Part shown: one piece after another, positions 53,801 through 64,000 of the stretch | How positions within the stretch are numbered: position 1 is the stretch's first letter | Layout: the number at the start of each line of letters is the position of its first letter | From: Octopus vulgaris | Lineage: Eukaryota | Assembly (NCBI GenBank): GCA_951406725.2 | Contig: OX597817.1 | Coordinates: 36,580,001 to 36,644,000 of the forward strand | Reading direction: 5' to 3' | Length of the DNA stretch: 64,000 bases | Program-made: the position numbers and the translations under genes | Notes under the pieces: model-generated | Database searches by the model: none | What the model saw: only the letters and a program-made list of their open reading frames with translations | Told to the model about the DNA's origin: nothing

Positions 53801-55587
53801 TTAAATTCATGATTTCTCGTGCTTTTCTCATACTCGTTATAATAATGTTAATTGTACACGAGAAGCCACAAGTATTGCGTATGCCAAACTCAAATAAATG
53901 AGATTCTGCTTTCAGGGAGTTTTGATTAAATCAATTGGATTACATGACTTTGGATTAAAATGAAAGGAAGCAATACCATTACTTCTATAGATTCGCGAAA
54001 TAAATCTCTGTGCGTATATGTGTGTGTATCTGTGTATTTGAATCTACAGTAGCATTTCGAGTGTTGTGCCTTCGACTAAAATTAACTACTTCCTGTTTCG
54101 TAATCCGCTTAACTTTTTACTTTTCTTCCCGCTTGCATATGCAATTATGTATACACACGTACGTGCTGTTGTTTTTGTATGTGATACGTTAAGAGATTTT
54201 AATTATTTTCCTTTTACTCTTGTTTCGCTTTGTCACATAGAACTTTCATCTACCGTTTATTCACCGCACCTCCTCAACCTCGCCTCCTCCCAATTATCCT
54301 GATTCCTCTCACATCCTTTTCAGCATTTCCAAACGTTCTTCCTCGAAGAAGGCCTCGGTTGAGTTGTCAGGACTGAAATTCTCCCCACGTTACTCACATG
54401 AGTAGCAATATACAAATGCAATATCTGCAATCAATATTCTTTGTTTATTAAATGTTACACGATTATTATACAGAATTCTAATTTTTTTCTCTTCTTTTTG
54501 TTTTTTGCTTTAGAAAGAGTTAATTATCACATTTAATACATTACCGTATCATATTTTCTCCTCAGAATATTCGAATTATTCTTCATCAATACGTGGGCGA
54601 AGAAATAATTCTAAAATATACTGACATCGATGCAGTCCTCTATTTTTCGCCTCATCTTAATAGATACAGAGTGAATTGTCGGAATGAATCATAATTATTT
54701 TTCCAATAATTGCTGTTGATGGCATAATTAGTAGAACGCCGGATGAAATGTCTTGCAGTAATTAGTAATGTTGCTTTAAGTTTATATTTTAATTCTTGCT
54801 GGAACTGACTTCGTTTTTTATTGTATGTATGAATGTATGCATGTATATATGTATGCATGTATATATGTGTGTATGTATATATATATGTATGTATGTATGC
54901 ATGCATGCATACATGTATGTGCGTGTGTATGTATGCATGTCTCTTACTCCTTTGAATTTTTCATACAAATAAGGAGCTGATATCTAATTAGGGAACATAG
55001 CATCATTATTGGAATTTAGATAAGAATATTAGAGTCCTTCTTGACTTTACCAGGTCTACAGTGATCTCTAGCGTATTGGTCTTACGCAGAAGTATAAGAC
55101 TGTTAACTGATGGAGTTGTTGATTATGAGAAAAACATATATGGTAAATACCGCAGTAAAGTTTGTTCTAGCGAACAGCCGCGTGTAAGAGAGAATAAATA
55201 TTAACTCTCGGTTTTAAAACCACCTTTGTCACTTATACATATATATTTTTAAACAAGCTAACTGGTTAATTGTGACACCAATGCATGTTCTGGCACTGAT
55301 TTTCTCGATATTGCTAGTAGAGAGATGAGTCGCTGGTATCTGTAGTGGTCGAAAATCAATCAAAATCAAAATCAAAATCCGATGGTCTCGGTGCTGCATT
55401 CTATGGGGAGTTATCACCCCACTGGAAATATAAACAACCAAGCGTACTTTCTGCGCTAAAAGCCTATGTGTGAGTTTCTCTTTTGTTAAATACCATGCCA
55501 CAGTAAAGTTTGCTTTAACTCCTGGTTCGTGTTTATCTTGCACGTTCTCTTCAAGAGCAGATTTTTCAGATATGTTCATCTTCAGGA

Positions 55588-55621
<34 letters not shown>

Positions 55622-55686
55622 ACAGACAGACAGACAGACAGACACACACACACACACACACACACAGACAGACAGACAGACAGACA

Positions 55687-55730
<44 letters not shown>

Positions 55731-55984
55731 TGTATTGTCTGTAATATGGTAACATTGCGTTAAGGAAAATCGTTGGATTCACTAACGCGAGATTTGTCTC
55801 CTACTGTCTAACATATTAGATCGAAAATATTAAAGATAATTGTAGCAACATATATTTCACATTTCGATACAATAAGATCTGGGGGCCGCAATCCAGCAGT
55901 AATGAGAGACACGTTTCTTTGGACATGCATGTGTGAGTGTATATGTCTATACATATAAACACACACACACACACACACAGAGGC

Positions 55985-55985
<1 letters not shown>

Positions 55986-56071
<86 letters not shown>

Positions 56072-56108
56072 AAGATAGATAGATAGATAGAAAGATAGAT
56101 TGATAGAT

Positions 56109-56168
<60 letters not shown>
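55986..56168. repeat. (GATA)n microsatellite
   Basis: Read directly. Confidence 0.97.
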
Positions 56169-57192
56169 CTATAGAAATATTTAGACATGTTGAAATACGT
56201 GTGATTTCATTAGAAAATAATCTTAGCATATTTACTCATACATTTATGCAAATATAGAAAGTAGTGGCGACATATATCAATAAGCGACTAACACAACAAG
56301 CACATATACATGAATGCGTAAATAGCCTAATTCTAGAAAATGCCTGTCTCTAACAGTTGTCGCATCTGGACTGAACTGAATAAATAAGAACTAACGTAAC
56401 GTTGGCCCAGGTAAGCCAGATACGTTCCTTGACTGCACAATGCGTAACTCTCTATTTCCTTACACAATTTCTGTTGCCTTTTAATTTTTTTTAACTGTTT
56501 CCAATGATTACTATTAACTGACTTGTAAATCAATAGAGCGCACATATTCATATGTATTTGGTCTCGATATAAAATTAGGCCCACGCTCAAAAATCTTCCT
56601 TCCCAAAATATGGAAATGACGTAAAGATTAGGTATCTAGCAACATATAAAATACAAACTATACTTGGTAAAATTAAATAACTGCTTCGGAATGTGTCTTA
56701 CTCCAAACTGTTTTGTGGACTCCAGTCACGGCAACACAATACTATTAAATAATAGTTGAGATTTTGAATTTTTATTTTTTGGCTAGAATTTTCAAGTGAC
56801 ATCAAGTGTTGAAATCAATATTGTTATATTTGGGAAGGGTCAGATAACCGGTAAGTATGTGTATGGGCGCTATCAATCATAACTTTTTGAAATTTAACAA
56901 TGGAAGAGTAATTAAAATTTCTTTCGTTAAGTCATCAGTTATGGATTTCCACCTCAGGAGGTACATGATTTTATCTTTGATTTTAATTCACTTTAGTCTA
57001 TTTGTGGAAAGTTTTATGAAATGGATATTTGTTAAACCTTCAGGAAAAGTAGTCTCCATCATATCTTTCGTCAAAAATATTCACAGCATGAGAGAAGACC
57101 ACAGCATGAGAGAAGACTGATTTTTCTTTTGTTGAATATATCAAATGACCAACAAAAGTTTTTTTTTTTAATGATATTCTTTGTATCAATAA

Positions 57193-57416
57193 GGCGGCGA
57201 GCTGGCAGAAACGTTAGCACGACGGGCGAAATGCGTAGCCGTAATTCGTCCGCCGTTACGTTCTGAGTTCAAATTCCAGCGAGGTCGCCTTTGCCTTTCA
57301 TCCTTTCAGGGTCGATTAAATAAGTACCAGTTACGCACTGGGGTCAATATAATCGATGTTTGTCTGTCCTTGTTTTTCCTCTCTGTGTTTAGCCCCTTGT
57401 GGGTAGTAAAGATATA
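57193..57416 (+). mobile_element. SINE family C with 18-bp target-site duplication
   Basis: GATATTCTTTGTATC(A/T)AT at 57173-57190 and 57417-57434. Confidence 0.9.
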
Positions 57417-57723
57417 GATATTCTTTGTATCTATGAGTGAGTCCTTACAATCGAGATAAATAGTATTGAATTTAGTTGAGAAAATTTTCATCGAATAGTT
57501 TTTTTTTAATTTTATGTTTTGTTCGAGCGGGATTGAAGACGGTATGGACTGCCTAGGTCCTCTGAGACTAGTAAGATAAATATAATTTCAAGCCTTTGAG
57601 CTATTAGATAACCGACTGCAGCAGTTCGAGTGGCAGGAAGGCAATTTCAAAAGTTTGCAGATTTGGAGTTAAATGAATGGTTCCCTGTGAGTTTCGTTTG
57701 GAGACAGAGCGTATGTCTGTCTG

Positions 57724-57796
<73 letters not shown>

Positions 57797-60700
57797 TTAT
57801 CTATCTACCTATGTGTCTGCATGTCTGTTTGCGTGCCTATCTGGCTGTCAGTCTATCTTCGTGTATGTATTATGTACAATCAAACTTAGATGTATATTAG
57901 TTTTCACAGTATTTGTCAGTTCAACTTGCGCTGGAAAGATTTGTGCAGAAAACTTAAAATCCAAGAGGCAGATGATGAAATGGAGTCGAAGTCTGGTGAA
58001 GTAAACGGAACTCGTATCAAATTTAAAGTGTAATAAGCTTGTTTACTGTGAAGAGATTGCAACGAAATCATGTGTTGTCTGAAGTAGTCAGTAGAAATAT
58101 CTCTACATCGAGGTATAAGAAAAACGAGACGTGATGAAGAACCATGTTAAAGTTACCATGTTGACTTTTATTTAACCCCGGGTAATACGTAGAGAATTAG
58201 AACAGCCTTGATCATTTCGTTTTTTCTTGCACTTTGTTTTTGTCTCTAGGTATAGGATATATGGATGTCATTATCCGCTATGCTTTTTTTTATTTCATCT
58301 CAAGACGACACGATATGATTAAGGTGCATTTGGATGATACTCCCCGGGGATTGGGGGACATTCGTGATCTGAGGAAGATTGGGTTACTATTTCTAGTACA
58401 TCCATGCACATGTACACACTGTCATTTTGTAGTTACCATTACGTTAGACGATCGAATTTTAGGTAAAATTAAATGATTACATAGTGCTAAAATTTAATAG
58501 CGCCCTGTTAATTCTAGTTAATTTTTCTTTTGTGATTTAATGATTATAACAATTATAGTCTCAGCATATTCAAAAATTCATAATTTTATGCCTAAAACAT
58601 CCAGTGCCTTAGTTAAGTCTTTTTATCCTTAAAAAACGTTTTGTTGGTCATTTGAGTTATTCAACATGTGGTGGAGTTTTTAAATATTTTTATCATTAAA
58701 TTTCATTTTTAACAATTCTGCCATGTGATCCTGCCGAGACAAACATTCGGGGTACTTGAAGGAATTGGTTAAACCTCACTGGCAGATCAAAATACAGTTA
58801 CTTCTATCTTATCAGCCAGTTAGGTCACGCGAAATATGAATTAAGTGCAATAACTGTGATAGCTCAACTCGTAATTCGCATGTTTAACAGAGAAAGATTT
58901 ATCTCCTCGGCTGCTGGGAATATTACGTACCTGTAAACATAGTTTACAATGTGGTTTCATAATTCGTCAAAAATAGCTCCAGCATATTATAGCTTATTTG
59001 GTTGCGATTACTAGCTACAGATATGGAATCTTGGTTTAAAAGAAAACTGGAATTTTTGTGCATAACAATGTGTAGCAGGCAAATATCATAAAAAGGACTT
59101 CGTTTTATGGTTGCTTTATTATTTTACGTGCCACTATAGAATTTTCGTTGGTTTGTTTGTAAACTTCTTTCATGAGCGCCCGCGTGGTATGCACGTTTGA
59201 TCGCTCGTTCGTTGGATTGTTTGCTCTTTTATGAGTTGCACCGGATGTAAATGTGAGAGAACTTCCTGTTCAATTGGAGGGTGAACTTTCTTTGTTTGGT
59301 AGCGTATTGTATGAATAACAGAAAAATGAAAAGACGAGGAGAATAATATAAAAAGGAAGAATACAAAACAGGCGGACATGAGATGATGATGATAATTACA
59401 ATACAACCATAATATGTTTTTATAGATTTATTATTTATTATTTGCATTTGCTTTACGGATTTTATTTTCATTGGACTAAATTCTCCACTGAGGAAGAGTA
59501 GACTAAACAACACTCCAAACTATTGATCCATCTTCTATTCGCTCTTTACTCTACTTTCACCATCATTCCTACACGCTCAACAGCAAAATTACATTCAGTA
59601 TTGAGGGTAATCACTGAATGAAGTTTAATGTAATTTGTACTTTTAATTCAAGTTTATTTCAAGATGAAGAATGAATTGTTGCTATTTTTTTGTACTTTGT
59701 TGATATTTACAGAAATGTTTTCTATTCTTTTGTAGTCAGAAAGTTATGCGAAATCCAATAAAATACAACTGTTTTTTTGAAATAAATGAAAATTAAATAT
59801 TAAAAGAAATAGTATAAAAAGTTGTATTGCATTGAATAAGGTAGAGAAAGAACAACGATTCATATTATCAGAACAAATGTAAATACGAACCAAAAACAAT
59901 GCAGCTGATAGAATAACAGTAGGCGTCCAACGAAAATCTGTTGCTGTTGTCGTTGCTGCTGTTGTTGTTGTTGATATTGATGTAACTGAGTTTAATTTTT
60001 CTTGTTGGTTACTGAATAAGTAGTAGCTGGAAGAGTAATCCTTTCTTCTCGCTAATCAGAATCGATTCAGTATGGAAATTGGCATGGTGGCCAATGTAAA
60101 TGGGAATGCTGCGGCTTGTTTGCTGTATTATTTAATACCAAATGCCCCTTTCATAACCTGAATAAAAGTATAGTCGAATACATAGTTTGAAAGATAATAT
60201 AAAACCAAAAAAAACCAAAAAAACAAAAAAACTAAAACAGAATTCAGAATCTAAATGGTGACCACAGACGAGGAAGTAGTAAGCAGACATCAATAAAGTG
60301 TAATATGGAGATGAGAGGGAAACACAATCTGTCGTGGAATCCATAAAGTAAATATCAAAAAGGAAAAAGAATTTATGCGGTAGCATAAATAATACAACTA
60401 ATTTGGAAGCGAAACCAAATAGAAAAGATATATCTCGTTTTTGAAATATAGCGTTGTTTTTTCACACGTCTCTCGCATTATAAAATATATAATTATGGTG
60501 AAATAGATAATTCTAGAGCAGGATAAATAATGATAATCTTAAAACTGAAAAGTTGCATCCTGAAATATAGATTTGTTTTAAACACAAACTTACGAATATT
60601 TTAGTATGTTTAGAAGACAATTGCTATAAATATTGAATCACCAGAGGAAAATTTACTGTATTCATGCATTGGTTGTAAGAAATAAATAGAAAATTATCTG

Positions 60701-61019
60701 ATTTTATCTATATGAATCGTTTGTTCTATGCTTAAAATTTAGTTGTCTAAAGTAATAATTCCCACCAAATGACACTGCGCTTATATGCATATATACATAT
60801 ATGCACAGGAAATAACCACTAAATCTTCCTCATACCCATATTTGTGGTCTGAAAAATGGCAAGGCTACATTGAATAATGTCTCAAATATATTATGTGACA
60901 CGAATAATTCTATGCATAGTTTCATTTCTTGCTTGTAACTATTACAATTATGTTAACTTACAAATACATTTCCGAGAAATACAAGAATAAAAGAATGGAG
61001 TCAGGTTCAGGTTTTTGAT

Positions 61020-61340
61020 CGTTTTGCGATTAGGTTTGTTTCATATTCAGTTCAGCAACGCGATACCTTGAGCAAATGTTATCTGACATAATCCTGGGCC
61101 AACCAGTGGTTTGTAAGTGAATTTGGTAGACATAAACTATGAAAGCTTATATATATAACAAATATCTTTAATATATATACATAGGCTCAGGCGTAAGAAG
61201 CTTGCTTCCGAACAATACGGTTCCGTGTTCAGTCCCACTGCGTGGAAGCTTGGGCAAATGTCTTCTAATATAGTCGCGGGCCGGCCAAAGACTTATGGTG
61301 AATTTGGTAGACGGAAAATGAAAGACGCCCGTCGTGTATA
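61020..61340 (+). mobile_element. Two tandem degraded family-A SINE 5' halves
   Basis: Both contain TTG(A/G)GCAAATGT..T and GTGAATTTGGTAGAC. The second ends GCCCGTCGTGTATA. Confidence 0.65.
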
Positions 61341-61630
61341 TAAGTTGTTTATAATTTTAACCTTTAAAGGTATTTTAATAAGCTGCCACATTTTGATTAA
61401 TTTTTTTTCTGAAGAAAATTTCATCCTATATTGATAATAGATTTATTACCATTCACTTAAGGACTGGTAACCACTATAAGCTGTGGTCTGGAATAGATCA
61501 CACGCGTGCTGAAGCTAGCAAAATGATTTTATATTTATATATAACGGGTACTTTTGTGTACACATCCTGACTTTTGCTTCTGTTTGTATCCATGGGTGCG
61601 TGTACGTATTTCAATTATTTCTTATCGTAT

Positions 61631-61689
61631 TTTCTACTGAAGTGGAAAAAGTCCATAGAATTAATTCCGAAATTGATTCAATATAGAAA
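61631..61689 (+). ncRNA. Type-I hammerhead ribozyme, A9U variant
   Basis: TTTCTA-CTGAAGT-GGAA...TTCC-GAAA-TTGATTCAA-TA-TAGAAA, with an AUA site. Confidence 0.62.
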
Positions 61690-61833
61690 TAACGAACTTG
61701 TTTTTAAAAACTCTGTTGGCTAGCTTCCCCGATTTCAGCACGACGTGTATAATATGTGGAAATTTACGAGTTAAAGTCTGTTATCAGCATATTGGCATGG
61801 AAATATTTTTTCTTTTGCCCTTGTTTATAAGTT

Positions 61834-61897
<64 letters not shown>

Positions 61898-61985
61898 ATA
61901 AATGGTAGGGTTGTGTTGACCGCACGTGGAGAAATGATAAGCAAGGAAAAATTGTAAAAATGCAGAATGCTAAATTGAAAGAAAA

Positions 61986-63200
61986 TGTGGTATTGCGATG
62001 GGTACCAAGGCTGCATCAGTCCTTTCGAACCTCATAATGGGTTTCTTCGAACTATCACTCTATGAAATATCACGCCAGAAATTTGGACATGTTTTCCACA
62101 CCTACCTAATGGAAAACTGGAAAAGGTATTTGGATGATTGTTTCATCATATGGAAAGAACCTTATGAAAAACTTCTGGAATTCAAAACCATACTGAACAA
62201 CATACATCCCAACATCCAATTCACTATGGAATTAAGCAAACTTCATCTCCCTTTCCTTGATCTCCTAATTATAAAAACACCTAAGAACCAAATCATAACA
62301 GACATCTATCACAAACCTACAGACTCACAACAATACCTCCTCTTTAGTTCATGCCACCCAATACACACCAATACAAATATCCCTTTCAACTTAGCTAAAA
62401 GGGTATGCACCATTGTCTCGGATCCAAAAACACGAGAAATACGCCTTCAAGACCTCAAATAAAAAACGCTATTACAACGCCAATATCCCTCCACCCTTAT
62501 AGAGTATGGAATAAAACGCGCCAAAGAACTAGACAACATTACACAGAAAACCACCCAACCTAACACCACACACAACCCCAAAATACTTCCATACATTTCC
62601 ACCCACAACCCCAAAAATATCGAAGCATACACCACAATCATACAAAACCTCAGTCTACTGTCAACAGACCCAAAAATGAAAAACATTATAAATACACACA
62701 AAATCCTCAAATGTAAAAGGCAACACAAATCTTTAAAAAAACTCTTGACAAATGCCAAACTTCACACACCACATCCACCCCCAGCAGTCAAAAAATGTGC
62801 ACGCCCAAACCGTGGCACCTGCCCCTTCCTACCTGAAGGCTCTGAATTTATCTTCAAACAAGGAACGAAGTTTAAAATCAAGACTAACTTCTCCTGTTCC
62901 TCCGAAAACCTTATCTACGTTCTCACATGCTCTGGTTGCCAACATAATTATGTTGGGCAAACGAGTCTCTCGTTACGTAAACGAGTAGCGGTGCATAAAG
63001 AACAAATAAATCTCCCGGAATACCGACAAATTCCACTGAATGACCACATAAACTCATGCGCTAAAGACATAAATCCCAAATTCTACATATTCCCCTTCTA
63101 CCAATGTAAAGACGGGATCACCACACAGGAGAGAATTAACAAGGAGAATCTCTTTATTGAAAAATTCAAAACGCAACTTAATATGCAAACTCTTCGTTGA
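61986..63200 (+). pseudogene. PLE reverse transcriptase (from motif B) + Cys linker + GIY-YIG endonuclease
   Basis: CGIAMGT, WKRYLDDCF, LPFLD, TDIYHKPT, CARPNRGTC and LIYVLTC..C...YVGQT..LRKR..H all lie in one frame, broken only by TAA at 62460-62462. Confidence 0.92.
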
Positions 63201-63872
63201 TCATACTTCCTTTTTCTAACTCATTCTTCATGGATGGACTAACACAAATATATAAGGATACCATGCATTCATCACTTCAAGCTAAAACTTATATTCTTTA
63301 AATATCATTATTATTATTGTTGTTATTATTACTATCATTTTTATTATATATGACATAACAATCTGAAATGTAATTATAAATTGGTTTATGCAAACTTACA
63401 AAATTGGAAAATAATATAAATAAAGTGTTAAAATCTGAATGTTAAGTTAACAAACAGTTATATAAAAAAGATAATGCAAATGAAGCTAAAATGATAATTT
63501 TATAATTTAAGGTTTATTAACACCCTTTATCACAAAAAATTGATAAACACAAATTGAAGAGCTCAAAACCCATAAAGTTGTCTCCCCTTATTCACAACAC
63601 AGGAACTGAAGAACTACAATTACTACTACTTCCTGTTTTGCCAACACCCTTAATTAAACTAAACAACACATGGCTTTAATCCCATTGGATCCTAATACTT
63701 CAAGGTAATTTTTTCGTGAACAATCATTAAACTCAAGATACACAAAGACTTCACAATGTATCGGAGTACTTATTTTTAATTTCTGTACATATTTATTATT
63801 ATTTTTTGGCAAAAAACAATATAATTTTCTTTTTTCCCCTTTCTCACTTTAATAAAAAAATTTTCCCTTTAC

Positions 63873-63914
63873 AATTCTTGAAAAGTCACATTATGACGAA
63901 AACCGGTTTGAATT
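63873..63914 (+). ncRNA. Minimal type-I hammerhead ribozyme with U3-A8 covariation
   Basis: AATTC-TTGAAAA-GTCA(CATTA)TGAC-GAAA-ACCGGT-TT-GAATT. All three helices are perfect and helix III is palindromic. Predicted cut after 63909. Confidence 0.8.
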
Positions 63915-64000
63915 AATATATATTTATATTTTTTATCAATTTTTCAAAAACTTTTTCCATACACCCATTTGCATTAAAATTTTCTTTCAATTTAGCATTC

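Larger units (their letters stand above)
61895..64000 (+). mobile_element. 5'-truncated Penelope-like element with an inverted partial pLTR; runs off the window
   Basis: RT+GIY-YIG frame at 61986-63200 and a hammerhead at 63873. 61965-61986 is the exact reverse complement of 63979-64000. The left flank is (TA)n. Confidence 0.9.

Noticed and set aside
54340-54385. Degenerate hammerhead-like strings here and at 5172-5205 (minus), 7920-7965 (minus) and 59485-59525
   Set aside because: Each has a partial core or helix II but is missing helix I or III. They are too decayed to call without a family consensus.
59170-59290. CpG-containing patch with ETS-like motifs (CCGGATGT, ACTTCCTG), and AAAATGGCG near 28327
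   Set aside because: Short motifs are expected by chance and there is no linked gene or TSS evidence.
62460-62462. Recoded stop (selenocysteine or readthrough) in the PLE ORF
   Set aside because: The codon is TAA, not TGA, and the copy is 5'-truncated, so simple decay is more likely.
63600-63640. ACAGGAA-CTGAAGA...TTCCTGT hairpin in the PLE 3' region
   Set aside because: It lacks GAAA and helices II and III.

Overview
This is AT-rich, extremely microsatellite-dense eukaryotic non-coding DNA (intergenic or deep intronic). The SINE types and repeat landscape suggest an octopod cephalopod, but that is an inference from recalled families, not a database result. No host protein-coding gene could be supported, and most ORFs in the track are microsatellite artefacts. 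Recognisable content includes four tRNA-headed SINE families, CR1-type and RTE-type LINE remnants, a decayed mariner, a hAT-type MITE, a probable non-autonomous Helitron, a 52-bp minisatellite and four Penelope-like element (PLE) remnants. The most notable signal is a set of minimal type-I hammerhead ribozyme (HHR) motifs with unrelated arm sequences (38934, 48085, 61631, 63873 and 31471, plus degenerate ones). One lies in the 3' repeat of an RT+GIY-YIG PLE. The others lie in short non-coding, often fold-back, modules in or beside (TA)n tracts. A candidate HDV-like ribozyme sits at the 5' edge of an RTE-type UTR.
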